A stretch of DNA of 64,000 nucleotides, taken from assembly GCA_963833225.1 (NCBI GenBank), contig CAWHXD010000008.1, forward strand, positions 96,001 to 160,000, read 5' to 3'. Below the pieces are notes generated by a model that was not told where the DNA came from, searched no databases, and saw only the letters and a list, made by a program, of their open reading frames with translations. Source of the DNA: an uncultured Chloroflexia bacterium. GTDB taxonomy: Bacteria; Chloroflexota; Limnocylindria; Limnocylindrales; CSP1-4. Positions 49,532 to 59,027 of the stretch are shown one piece after another; position 1 is the first letter of the stretch; the number at the start of each line of letters is the position of its first letter. The translations under genes and the position numbers were made by a program.

Positions 49532-50220
49532 TCGCATCGACCGATGGCATGGTCCTCGTGCCGGCGGGGCCGTTCCGCATGGGTTCCGACGAGTTCGACC
49601 TCGAGGGCCCCCCTCACACGGTTGACCTGCCGGCGTTCTTGATCGACCGGTACCCGGTCACCTGCGCACAGTACCTGGGCTTCGTCGCCGCCACGGGCCA
49701 CCCGGCCCCGCCGGACTGGCCAAACGGGCGGCCGGTGCCGGGTCGCGAGGACCATCCCGTGGAACGCGTGTCGTGGCACGACGCCGTCGCGTATGCCGCG
49801 TGGGCGGGCAAGCGCCTCCCCACCGAGGCTGAATGGGAGAAAGCGGCCCGTGGCACGGACGGCCGGCGCTTCCCATGGGGCAACACGTTCGCGGAGGATC
49901 ACTGCATCGTGTGGGACCATGCCATGGTCCTCGACGTCACCACCATGCCGGTCACGTCTCACCCGTCGGGTGCCAGCCCATACGGCGTGGAGCAGCTCGC
50001 CGGCAACGTCGAGGAGTGGGTCCAGGACGAGCTGCTCCCCTATCCCGGCTCAACGCATGTGTCCCCGTCCGCGGCAGGTGGCCTGCGGGTCGTCCGCGGC
50101 GGGTCGTGGTTCTACACACAGGAGCACACGCGCTGCGCGTACCGCCGCGGGCTGCTGCCCGACAGCACCGGGTGGACACAAGCGGGCGGCCCGGGGTTCC
50201 GTTGCGCGCTGACCCCCTGA
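49528..50220 (+). CDS. FGE/SUMF1-fold protein 2
   Basis: HPVERVSWHDA, RLPTEAEWEKAARG, AGNVEEW, RGGSW, GFRC; ATGA overlap with protein 1. Confidence 0.9.
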   Translation: MIASTDGMVLVPAGPFRMGSDEFDLEGPPHTVDLPAFLIDRYPVTCAQYLGFVAATGHPAPPDWPNGRPVPGREDHPVERVSWHDAVAYAAWAGKRLPTEAEWEKAARGTDGRRFPWGNTFAEDHCIVWDHAMVLDVTTMPVTSHPSGASPYGVEQLAGNVEEWVQDELLPYPGSTHVSPSAAGGLRVVRGGSWFYTQEHTRCAYRRGLLPDSTGWTQAGGPGFRCALTP

Positions 50221-50242
50221 GCCACGGGCAGTCAGGTACGGA

Positions 50243-50274
50243 GCGACCCCCCGGACCTCGTCGCGGGGGGTCGC
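50243..50274. terminator. Hairpin between convergent genes
   Basis: GCGACCCCCCG / CGGGGGGTCGC 11-bp stem; no U tract. Confidence 0.55.
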
Positions 50275-50296
50275 ATGTGGCAAGCGGCCTGAGCGC

Positions 50297-51508
50297 CTAC
50301 AGCAGGCTGACGAGCCGTGCAATGCGCTGCGCTCGGAAGCGATCGTCATCCGAGTGACGCGACTGAGCCGACACGACGACATTGCCGTGCTGGACGCGTC
50401 CCGCGATCTCGAACACCAGCGCGCCGGCGCTGTCGCTGATGACGATCTGGAACCGATCGGTTGCCCGGGGTGCGTGATGCCGATACGAGTCGCGGCCGTT
50501 ACGCGCCTGGTCCACGGCAGTCGCGGTGAATGTGTAGCCCGTGTGGCCGTTCCACTTGCCGGTGCCGGTCCACGTCGCGGTCGTTCCTGAGATCAGGAAC
50601 GTCGTGACCGAGTGGCTCCGGAACGACGAGCGCCCGGACACGAGCTTCAGCTGACCCTTGGCACCCTCGTGGTTAGCCTTGACCTCGAACTCGAACCGTG
50701 CCGAGCCGGGGTCCCCGATGACGGCTCCGGCACCTGATGCGCGACCCGCCGAGTTGGGGACGGGTGTGGGGACCGGCGACGGGACAGGCGTCGGGACCGG
50801 GGTCGGAACCGGCGTGGCCGTCGGGACAGGCGTCGGGACCGGGGTCGGAACCGGCGTGGCCGTCGGGACAGGCGTCGGGACCGGGGTCGGAACCGGCGTG
50901 GCCGTCGGCACCGGCGTCGGGACAGGGGTCGGGACCGGCGTGGCCGTCGGCACCGGCGTCGGGACAGGCGTCGGGACCGGGGTCGGGACGGGTGTTGGAA
51001 CCGGCGTCGGCACCGGGGTGGGCACCGGCGTGGGAACCGGGGTCGCGGCCGGCGGATCGATCAGCCCGGTGATCCCGGCGGGCACCGGCTGACCCGTCGT
51101 CGGGACCCCGTCGATGTCGTAGATCGTGTTGTTGTTGCCGAGCGTCCAGCCGGGCTGGGCGTTGGCGTTGATCTCGGCGAGATTCGAGAGACCTCCGGGG
51201 TCTCCATCCGAGTTCAGGCCGGCGGCAGCGTTGATGGCCGCGGCATTCGCGCCGCCCGTGCGGATCGCCTGCCCGTACGGGTTCCAGGTATCCGTCCCAC
51301 TCGGTCCATGACAGAGGAGGCAGCCGGCGTTCGTCCGTGACGCGGAGGCCGGGTAGATCCCCGACCAGGTGTTCGCGATCGAGTTGAAGGCAAACACCGT
51401 GGCCGGGATCAGCAGCAAGCCCACGAAGGCCATGATGCCCGCGGATCGTGCCCGTCGCCGGTGGCGCCCTGAACCGTTGCCCTGCGGGGGGCGATGAATG
51501 TCGTGCAT
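50297..51508 (-). CDS. Secreted monoheme cytochrome c-like protein with Pro/Thr stalk and C-terminal beta domain
   Basis: Signal peptide, CLLCH motif, WNPYG, NSDGD..NLAEI, (VPTP)n repeats. Confidence 0.75.
   Translation of the reverse strand: MHDIHRPPQGNGSGRHRRRARSAGIMAFVGLLLIPATVFAFNSIANTWSGIYPASASRTNAGCLLCHGPSGTDTWNPYGQAIRTGGANAAAINAAAGLNSDGDPGGLSNLAEINANAQPGWTLGNNNTIYDIDGVPTTGQPVPAGITGLIDPPAATPVPTPVPTPVPTPVPTPVPTPVPTPVPTPVPTATPVPTPVPTPVPTATPVPTPVPTPVPTATPVPTPVPTPVPTATPVPTPVPTPVPSPVPTPVPNSAGRASGAGAVIGDPGSARFEFEVKANHEGAKGQLKLVSGRSSFRSHSVTTFLISGTTATWTGTGKWNGHTGYTFTATAVDQARNGRDSYRHHAPRATDRFQIVISDSAGALVFEIAGRVQHGNVVVSAQSRHSDDDRFRAQRIARLVSLL
50758..51047. repeat. Coding tandem repeat (Pro/Thr stalk)
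   Basis: Three exact 42-bp copies at 50781, 50823 and 50865, plus degenerate 12-bp units. Confidence 0.9.
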
Positions 51509-51866
51509 AGGTCTCCTCACCAGGCCTCGTCGGGCGTTCGTGCCGGTTTGGCTGTCGCCCGCCAGCGGCCGTGTGGTCGTAGGGGTGTGCAGGGAGGCTC
51601 CTGTCTACGCATCGGGGCGACGCACGTCGCAAGGGCGCCTGCTGGTGCGCCGCGCTGCCGCGTCTCGTCCCGGAGTGGCCGACCCAGGCGTGCACACGCT
51701 GAGCGCGAGCTCCGTCGTATCGGGCGGCGGAGCCGATCGTCGGCTCCACTCCTATCGGGGGAGGCGATGGTCGTGGGGTTTCGGTGACCTGGGGGCTGCA
51801 TGCCCTGATCTCAGCGGGCCGGTTGGCACCTTCCGCGCTGCCCCGCCTGCGGCCCAGCGCCGTAGA

Positions 51867-53246
51867 TCAGCCGGGTGGCACGTTCTGGACGTGGCGGAAC
51901 AGGTTGTCCGGGTCGTAACGCCGCTTGATGGCGGCCAGTCGGTCCCACGTCGAGCCCGGGTACGCGTCGCGCACCCGCTCCTGCCCCTCGTCGCCGAGGA
52001 AGTTGACGTAGGCGCCGGGCACGGGATCCAGCCCGAGAGCAACAGCGTCCAGCCACGCTTCCTGGTTCGGCCTGTCCGCGAGGTCGGTGGCGACGGACAG
52101 GATGTAGACCATCAGCCGCCGATCCCGGTGGGCATACGCCGTGGCGTCGACCGCCACCCGCGCCGCGGCACCGCCCAGGGGCCGCAGCTGGAACAGGCGC
52201 ATCGGTGATCCGGGTTCGGCCAGCCGATCAAGCGCACGCAAAGCGATGGCCGGCTCGATGGCGTCGAGGAACCCGGTCCGGCTGAGGAAGATCTGCGGCT
52301 CCCCACGAGGCTCGGGCGGATACAGCTCCGGGTAGCGCATCGGCCGGATCAGGTCAGCGATTGGTTCAGCGACGCCCCGGAGCGGGGCCAGGGCGGCGGC
52401 TGCGGCTGACGCGGCGCCCACGTAGCAGGCCCCGACCATGATCACGATCCGGCCGTGTACGTCGGGCGGCACGAACGGCATCGGCGGGCAGCGCATGACG
52501 TTGATGATCCCCGAGAGCTCGTCCGGCGCCTCGTCCATGACCCCCACGACCGCGGCAACGGTCGCCGGCGTTGCCGGCAGGACCATGAGACCGCCCGTAA
52601 CCTCGTCGACAGCGTGGAGGCGGTACCGGAACCGGGTCGCAACCCCGAAGTTGCCGCCGCCGCCGCGCACTGCCCAGAACAGGTCCGGCTCATGCTCGGC
52701 ATCCACGACGTGGACCGCACCGTCGGCGGTCACCAGCTCGGCGGCGAGCAGGTTGTCGATGGTCAGGCCCTGCTTGCGCACCAGGTACCCGACGCCACCA
52801 CCGAGCGTGATCCCCGCGATCCCCACGGATCCCGTGTCGCCGAACCCTGTGGCCAGCCCGTGCTCGGCGGCAGCCTCCGTATACGCGCGAGCGGTCAGGC
52901 CGGCGCCCGCCCATGCCAGCCGGCCCTCGACGTCGATCTCCAGGCTCGTCAGATCCCGCGTGTCGACGACGATCCCACCCTCGATGACCGAGTGGCCGGC
53001 GCCGCTGTGGCCGCCACCCCGGACCGTGAGCCCGAGGCCCGCTTCGCGGGCCAGGGAGACGACTTCGCGAACGTCATCGGTGCCGGCGACACGGACGATC
53101 ACGGCCGGGCATCGATCGACGCCGCCGAGCATCACGACGCGGGCAGCGTCGTAGCCATCATCGCCCGGAGCGAGGACAGCGCCGGACACGCGCTGCCGAA
53201 GGGCAGCGATGTCGAGCGGGCCGGGATGCGTGGGCGTGGACGCCAT
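51867..53246 (-). CDS. FAD-binding oxidoreductase (BBE/VAO family)
   Basis: RGGGHS, VGIAGITLGGG, LFWAVRGGGGNFG, YVNF, KRRYDPDNLF. Confidence 0.93.
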   Translation of the reverse strand: MASTPTHPGPLDIAALRQRVSGAVLAPGDDGYDAARVVMLGGVDRCPAVIVRVAGTDDVREVVSLAREAGLGLTVRGGGHSGAGHSVIEGGIVVDTRDLTSLEIDVEGRLAWAGAGLTARAYTEAAAEHGLATGFGDTGSVGIAGITLGGGVGYLVRKQGLTIDNLLAAELVTADGAVHVVDAEHEPDLFWAVRGGGGNFGVATRFRYRLHAVDEVTGGLMVLPATPATVAAVVGVMDEAPDELSGIINVMRCPPMPFVPPDVHGRIVIMVGACYVGAASAAAAALAPLRGVAEPIADLIRPMRYPELYPPEPRGEPQIFLSRTGFLDAIEPAIALRALDRLAEPGSPMRLFQLRPLGGAAARVAVDATAYAHRDRRLMVYILSVATDLADRPNQEAWLDAVALGLDPVPGAYVNFLGDEGQERVRDAYPGSTWDRLAAIKRRYDPDNLFRHVQNVPPG

Positions 53247-53376
53247 CGATGCCTCCATCAGGTGGGTGCGCGAGTCCTGCGTGGCCCGATCCTATCGCGG
53301 GCACGTGGAGAACCCTTGCACAGCGCCGTAGGCTGGGCGCCAGCGGAACCGAGTCCCCGACTACCGGAGATCACCC

Positions 53377-54453
53377 ATGACCTCGCGCTGCGTCCTGCTC
53401 CTCGGCACGCCCAAGGGGGCCTTCATCCTCGACGGCGATGCCGGCCGTCGAGACTGGACCCTCCGCGGCCCGGTGTGCGGCGGCTGGCCCGTCCACGACA
53501 TCTCCGTCGACCGGGCGTCAGGCGCGCTGCTCGCCGGTGCCGGCAGCCCGTGGTTCGGCCCGGCCGTCTGGCGCAGCGACGACGTCGGTGAGACGTGGAT
53601 CCACTCGTCGGAGGGACTGACCTACGGCGACGACGGCCCGAAGGTCGCCACGGTCTGGAACGTCACGGCCGGCATCGACGGCTCCATCTACGCGGGCGTC
53701 GAGCCGGCGGGCCTGTTCCGCTCCACCGACGGCGGCGCCACCTGGTCGCACGTCGAGGGCCTCACCAACCACCCCAGCCGCCCCGATTGGGTGCCGGGCG
53801 CGGGAGGCCTGATCCTCCACACCATCGTCCCCCACCCCACCGACCCCGACCGGCTGTGGGTCGGCATCTCCGCGGTCGGCGTGTTCGAGACCCGCGACGG
53901 TGGGGCGACATGGCACACCCGCAACGCGGGCGTCCGGGCCGAGTTCAACCCGGAGAACCGGTTCCCCGAGTTTGGACAGTGCGTCCACAAGCTGGTGATG
54001 GCGAGTGACGGCGAGCGGCTCTACCAGCAGAACCACTGTGGCGTGTACCGCTCGTCCGACGGCGGGGAGCACTGGGAGGAGGTCACCGGCGCGCTGCCCT
54101 CGGACTTCGGCTTCGGCATGACCGCCCATCCACGGGATCCGCTCACGGTCTGGAACATCCCGCTCACGGACCCGACGCAGGGCCGGATGATGCCGGGCGG
54201 GGCGGCGGCCGTATGGCGCACCCAAGACGCCGGCGACACCTGGTCCCGGTCCGGGGAGGGCCTGCCCCAGCAGGATGCCTTCGTCGGCGTCCTCCGCGAG
54301 GCGATGGCGCACGATGGGCTGGACCCCGTGGGCGTCTACTTCGGGACGAGCACGGGCCAGGTCTACGGGTCGGCTGACGAAGGGGTGACCTGGACGATGC
54401 TGGCGGACAACCTGCCCCCGATCTGGTCCGTGGAGGCGCACCTCGTTGGCTGA
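53377..54453 (+). CDS. BNR/Asp-box beta-propeller protein
   Basis: Repeated SxDxGxTW boxes; GQCVHK and QQNHCGVY motifs. Confidence 0.9.
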   Translation: MTSRCVLLLGTPKGAFILDGDAGRRDWTLRGPVCGGWPVHDISVDRASGALLAGAGSPWFGPAVWRSDDVGETWIHSSEGLTYGDDGPKVATVWNVTAGIDGSIYAGVEPAGLFRSTDGGATWSHVEGLTNHPSRPDWVPGAGGLILHTIVPHPTDPDRLWVGISAVGVFETRDGGATWHTRNAGVRAEFNPENRFPEFGQCVHKLVMASDGERLYQQNHCGVYRSSDGGEHWEEVTGALPSDFGFGMTAHPRDPLTVWNIPLTDPTQGRMMPGGAAAVWRTQDAGDTWSRSGEGLPQQDAFVGVLREAMAHDGLDPVGVYFGTSTGQVYGSADEGVTWTMLADNLPPIWSVEAHLVG

Positions 54454-54733
54454 CCCGGGAACACCCGTCCCCTGCGTCGTCCACCTCCCGCGCTCGCTGG
54501 TTGCGCTGTTCCCGGGTGCCGAGCGACAGGTGCTGGCGAGGGGCATGACGGTGCTCGAGGTCGTGCGCGACATCGACCGCCAGGTGCCGGGCATCGCCAA
54601 CCGGATCCTGGACAGCGGGCCGGCGATCCGGACCCACCTCAACGTGTTCGTGGACGGCGAACGGGCGGCGATCGACACCCCGGTCCGGCCGGGTTCGGAG
54701 GTCCATGTCATCCCGGCGGTCTCAGGCGGCTGA
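54446..54733 (+). CDS. MoaD/ThiS-like ubiquitin-fold protein
   Basis: HLNVFVDGE, C-terminal IPAVSGG. Confidence 0.9.
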   Translation: MADPGTPVPCVVHLPRSLVALFPGAERQVLARGMTVLEVVRDIDRQVPGIANRILDSGPAIRTHLNVFVDGERAAIDTPVRPGSEVHVIPAVSGG

Positions 54734-54857
54734 GGCGGCGATGCCAGGTGCACGGGCAGGACCTTCGATGAGCTGGAGCCGGACCATCCAGCGGTGGTCG
54801 AATGGGGGTGGTTCGGTGAGGATGTGGTGGCCGTCACACGACGCACCCTCGAACACC

Positions 54858-57704
54858 GTGGAGCCTGATCTCTTGCGACGCGCGCTCATCGCCTTCCTGT
54901 CCGTCCTGCTCGTGTGGCTCGCGATGCCCGTCGCCCCAGCGCTCGCCGCATCGGACGCGAAGGTCGTGGTCGTGGTCGGCCCCGTCGGCAGCCACACCGC
55001 CCACTACAAGGACGACGCCAACCAGATCGTCGGAGAAGCCCGCCGCTGGACCACCAACGTGGTCAAGGTCTACACGCCGAAGGCGACGTGGGCCAAGGTG
55101 AAGGCAGCCGCGCAGGGGGCGAGCGTCCTCGTCTACCTCGGCCACGGCAACGGATGGCCGAGCATCTACGCCCCGTTCCAGACGTTGACCAAGGACGGCC
55201 TTGGCCTCGATCCGTCGACCGGCGCCGATTCCACCAGGACCGTCTACTACGGCGAGTCGTACATCGCGCGGGACATCCGGCTCGCCCCGAACGCCGTGGT
55301 CCTGCTGTACCACCTGTGCTACGCCTCGGGCAACACGGAGCCCGGCCTCGCGGTCGGCAGCTTCGCCGACTCGCGCGAGCGCGTCGACAACTTTGGGGCC
55401 GGGTTCATCGGTGCCGGGGCCCGGGCGGTCATCGCCGAAGGCCATCCCGCCCATCCGGTCGTCGACGCCATCCACCAGCTGTTCACCACCAACCGCACGC
55501 TGGAGAGCCTGTTCCGGAGCGCCCCCACGGCCCACGGCAACGTCCTTGGTCCCTACCCGTCGGAACGCACGCCCGGGCTGTCATTCCTCCTGGATCCCGA
55601 CACCAGTGCCCCGTCTGGCTTCTACCGGTCCATCATCGGGGATCTCTCGCTCACGGCCAGCCAGGTGGTGTCCCCCGGCCCGAGCCCGACGGATCTCGCA
55701 CCCGCGGACTTCGTCGTGCCGGGCTCGGCCGAGGTGGTCGCGCCGGATGGGGCCGGTCTGTGGGGAAAGGCGGGCAACGCGGCTGACAGCGGATCGACGG
55801 CCCCGGACACCCTTCCGACCGGCACCCGGCTGCGCCTCACGTCCGAGGAGGCCGCGGCCGCCGACGGAACCCGGATCTTCGGGGTCAAGGTGCTAGGCGG
55901 CACCGGGACCGGGTTCGTGCGGTCGTCCGCCCTCGCGCCGCGCGACAGTGCCAGCCCCGAAGCCTGGTCGCTCGACCAGAGCGCGTCCTGGCTGTCGCCC
56001 AACGGCGACGCGACCAGCGACGCCCTCGTCGTCGCCGCCCGCTTCTCCGAGACGGTATCCGCGGTGCTCAAGGTCAGGAATGCCGCCGGCACCACGGTGA
56101 AGACGCTGTCCGCAAGCAACGACATCACCCGGTTCGCGTGGGATCTCCACACCTCCGCGGGCGTCGTGCCGGACGGCGACTACACCTGGAAGCTGCGCGC
56201 GGCCGACGCCTGGGGGAACCCGGCGTTCGCCGCATCCGGTGACTTCACGGTCGACGGCACTGCCCCCGTCACGACGGCGGCGTCCGATGCGACCGCCGGC
56301 AAGGACGGGTGGCTGGTGACCCCGGCCACGGTGGCGCTCTCCGCTCGCGACGCCATGTCGGGGGTCCGGACCATCAGCTGGCGCGTCAATGGCGGCCCGG
56401 TCACGGCGTACTCCAAGCCGGTCGTCGTGAGTGCCAATGGCACCGTCACCTTCAAGTATCGGGCCGTCGACAACGCCGGCATCCGCGAGTCGTGGCGGAA
56501 GCTCACGCTCCGGATCGACACCGTGGCGCCTTCGGTCACGCTGGCCAAGACGGGCGACGCCGGTGACGCGCCCGGTGCCTGGCGGAGCAAGGTCACCATC
56601 ACGCCGGACGTCCACGACGCCTCGTCCGGGGTCGCGACGGTCCGGTTCAGCGTCGACGGCGGCGACACCGGGCCCGTCGGCAGCGATCCCATCGTCGTCC
56701 GCGGCAATGGGTCGCACACCGTCGTGGTGACCGCCACGGACGTGGCCGGCAACCGGACCCGGGTCGTGGACGAGTTCACGATCGATACGGTCGCGCCGCT
56801 CGTGGACCTGCCGGGGACCGGCAACGGGATCCCCACCGTGAGCCCCAACGGTGATGGACGTGGCGACCGGATCTCCCTTCCCTTCTCGCTCTCGGAGCCG
56901 GGGACGGTCAGCGCCTCGATCGCCACCGCCGGCGGGACCGTCGTCCGCACCATCACCCTCCCACCGGGCTCCGGCACCGGTGCCCTGGACTGGGACGGAA
57001 CGCGCACCGCCGGCAAGCCGGTTCCGGATGGCCGCTACACGGTCACGATCACCGCCCGGGACGCCGCCGGCAACACCGGCCCGGCCACCACCACCGAGGT
57101 TGACGTGTTTGCCGCGCTGGCGGCGGTCCGGCGCTCGCCGCGCCTGTTCTTCCCGCAGGACGGGGACCGGCTCGCACGCAAGGTCTCGGCCTCGTGGACG
57201 CTGCTCTCTCCTGCCTCCATCTCGGTCCGGGTCCTTGACGCCGACGGGGCGCTCGTCCGCACCGGCCCCACGGATCGGGCGTTCCCTGCTGGTGCCGCGG
57301 CCTGGGCGTGGAACGGCAAGAACGACGCCGGTGCCGTTGCCGCCCCAGGCCTCTACCGGATCGTCGTGACGGGCGGCAACGGCACGCAGTCCGCGACCCA
57401 GCAGGTGTCCGTCCTGGCGGACGCGTTCAAGCTCAAGAGCTCCGTGACCACCGCCGTGCGCGGGACGCCGCTGGTGCTCACGGCGATCAGCGCTGAGCCG
57501 CTCGCCACCGCCCCTCGTGTGGTCGTGCGCCAGCCAGGCCACGATCCGTGGACCGTGACCATGACCGGGAAATCGGGCTCCACCTGGACCGCCGTGGTGA
57601 AGCCGAAGCGCGGTGGCACCCCCGGCGTGCTGAGGCTGGTGGTCAAGGCCAGGGACACGGGCCACGGCCGCAACGCGAGCACCCTGCGCCTCGTTCTCGA
57701 GTAA
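54858..57704 (+). CDS. Large secreted protein with FlgD-Ig/Ig-like repeats and a putative N-terminal His-Cys catalytic domain
   Basis: Signal peptide; YLGHGNG and LYHLCYASG; SPNGD..WDG..VPDGxY repeats; DTVAP linkers. Start uncertain. Confidence 0.8.
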   Translation: MEPDLLRRALIAFLSVLLVWLAMPVAPALAASDAKVVVVVGPVGSHTAHYKDDANQIVGEARRWTTNVVKVYTPKATWAKVKAAAQGASVLVYLGHGNGWPSIYAPFQTLTKDGLGLDPSTGADSTRTVYYGESYIARDIRLAPNAVVLLYHLCYASGNTEPGLAVGSFADSRERVDNFGAGFIGAGARAVIAEGHPAHPVVDAIHQLFTTNRTLESLFRSAPTAHGNVLGPYPSERTPGLSFLLDPDTSAPSGFYRSIIGDLSLTASQVVSPGPSPTDLAPADFVVPGSAEVVAPDGAGLWGKAGNAADSGSTAPDTLPTGTRLRLTSEEAAAADGTRIFGVKVLGGTGTGFVRSSALAPRDSASPEAWSLDQSASWLSPNGDATSDALVVAARFSETVSAVLKVRNAAGTTVKTLSASNDITRFAWDLHTSAGVVPDGDYTWKLRAADAWGNPAFAASGDFTVDGTAPVTTAASDATAGKDGWLVTPATVALSARDAMSGVRTISWRVNGGPVTAYSKPVVVSANGTVTFKYRAVDNAGIRESWRKLTLRIDTVAPSVTLAKTGDAGDAPGAWRSKVTITPDVHDASSGVATVRFSVDGGDTGPVGSDPIVVRGNGSHTVVVTATDVAGNRTRVVDEFTIDTVAPLVDLPGTGNGIPTVSPNGDGRGDRISLPFSLSEPGTVSASIATAGGTVVRTITLPPGSGTGALDWDGTRTAGKPVPDGRYTVTITARDAAGNTGPATTTEVDVFAALAAVRRSPRLFFPQDGDRLARKVSASWTLLSPASISVRVLDADGALVRTGPTDRAFPAGAAAWAWNGKNDAGAVAAPGLYRIVVTGGNGTQSATQQVSVLADAFKLKSSVTTAVRGTPLVLTAISAEPLATAPRVVVRQPGHDPWTVTMTGKSGSTWTAVVKPKRGGTPGVLRLVVKARDTGHGRNASTLRLVLE

Positions 57705-57762
57705 CCGGAGCGGGCCCTGGAGGGCCCCGACGACCCGTGGATCGCTGGCCCTATGCCGCCGC

Positions 57763-57791
57763 GTGACGGGGCTTGCGCAACGGTCCATAAT
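57763..57791 (+). promoter_or_regulatory. Sigma70-type promoter
   Basis: GTGACG (57763-57768), 17 bp, CATAAT (57786-57791). Confidence 0.6.
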
Positions 57792-57797
57792 CACCTT

Positions 57798-58053
57798 GTC
57801 AAGCTCCTCCCCCCGACGGGGCGTCCCGGAGGTGACCGACGGTGACGATGCGAACGGCCAGGTGGCCAAGCCCGCAACGGCGTTCCGAGATCGGGCGCCG
57901 GCCGACCGCGGGCCTCGACGCATCGTATGGCGCCGGCAATCCGGTGAGCCGTCCCCGGGCGGGCAACCTGTCGAGCGACTCCAGGGCTGGCAGGGATCGG
58001 CGGTCGGGGCGGTAGCCCCCACCGCCCTCCTCGGAGCCGGTGATGCCGGCTCC
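57798..58053 (+). ncRNA. Candidate large structured ncRNA (unidentified family)
   Basis: Nested long-range stems and hairpins downstream of the promoter; final hairpin GGAGCCGG/CCGGCTCC; no credible ORF. Confidence 0.5.
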
Positions 58054-58136
58054 CAACCAAACGAAACGCTGGGCCGTCGTTCAAGGGAACGGCGGCCCTC
58101 GCGATTCCCGGACAGACCGCTAGACTCGGCCCGACC

Positions 58137-58997
58137 ATGACGACTGATCCGCCTGACGAGCCGGGGGTCCGACCTGCGACCCCCGACGAGGCCGCAGATG
58201 TCCGCCGCATGCACGCCGCCAACCGGGCCGCCTGGGACGAGGCGGCAGAGCGCTACGAAGGCTGGTTCGATGAAGCGGTGGCGATCATCCGGTCCGGTGG
58301 CTCCAACCTCCTGGCTGTCGAGCAGGAGCTGATCGGCGACCTGCGGGGCCACTGCCGGCGGGCGATCCACCTCCAGTGTGCCGGCGGGCGTGACACGCTC
58401 TCGCTGTGGAACCTGGGCGCCGCGGAGGTGGTGGGCATCGACTTCAGCCCCCGGATGCTCGAGCTCGCCCGGCGGCTCGGCGCCGCGACGGGGGCCCCCG
58501 CGACGTGGATCGAAGCGGACGTGATCGATGTCCCCCACACGCTCAACGGCACGGCCGACCTGGTGTACACGGGCCGCGGGGCGATCATCTGGCTGGGCGA
58601 CCTCGACGCCTGGGCGGGCGTGCTGATCCGGCTCCTGGCCCCAGGCGGGCGCCTGGTCATCTTCGACGGCCATCCGGCCGAGTGGCTGTTCGACGGCGAT
58701 GGAGAGGGTGGCTGGACGCTCACGGACTACGACTACTTCGGCGGGCCCGAAGCGTCTCGGGGCTGGGCGCCCGAGTACATCGACCGCCTCTCCATCCCGG
58801 ACGACGAGCAGCACTGGAAGTTCGCCCGCGCCTGGACGCTGGGCGAGATCCTGACCGCGCTGCTGCGGGCCGGCTTGCGGCTCGAGCAGGTTGCCGAGCA
58901 CCCCGTGGACTGGTGGGCCGGGCACCGCGACGTGCGGCCCGATGAACGCGGTCGCGTGCCGCTCAGCTTCTCGGTGGTCGCGAGGCGCCCGGGCTGA
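58137..58997 (+). CDS. Class I SAM-dependent methyltransferase
   Basis: HLQCAGGRDTLS, GIDFS, DLVYTGRGAI.W, DGHP. Confidence 0.9.
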   Translation: MTTDPPDEPGVRPATPDEAADVRRMHAANRAAWDEAAERYEGWFDEAVAIIRSGGSNLLAVEQELIGDLRGHCRRAIHLQCAGGRDTLSLWNLGAAEVVGIDFSPRMLELARRLGAATGAPATWIEADVIDVPHTLNGTADLVYTGRGAIIWLGDLDAWAGVLIRLLAPGGRLVIFDGHPAEWLFDGDGEGGWTLTDYDYFGGPEASRGWAPEYIDRLSIPDDEQHWKFARAWTLGEILTALLRAGLRLEQVAEHPVDWWAGHRDVRPDERGRVPLSFSVVARRPG

Positions 58998-59027
58998 CCC
59001 ATCGCGAATGGCCGAACAGGGCGCGGC

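Noticed and set aside
48815-50220. Diversity-generating retroelement targets (FGE/CLec fold)
   Set aside because: No reverse transcriptase and no template/variable repeat pair seen in the window.
50758-51047. Regular repeats resembling a CRISPR array
   Set aside because: Head-to-tail units with no unique spacers; they encode an in-frame Pro/Thr linker; no cas genes.
57798-58053. tmRNA, RNase P RNA, SRP RNA or c-di-GMP/c-di-AMP riboswitch
   Set aside because: Hallmark sequences (CCA acceptor end, GAGGAAAGUCC, SRP GGAA loop motif, riboswitch consensus) were not found.
55893-58925. 1010-aa minus-strand ORF and other long antisense ORFs (9300-12137, 21930-23879, 60556-62892)
   Set aside because: Shadow ORFs typical of high-GC DNA, opposite well-supported genes and without motifs.
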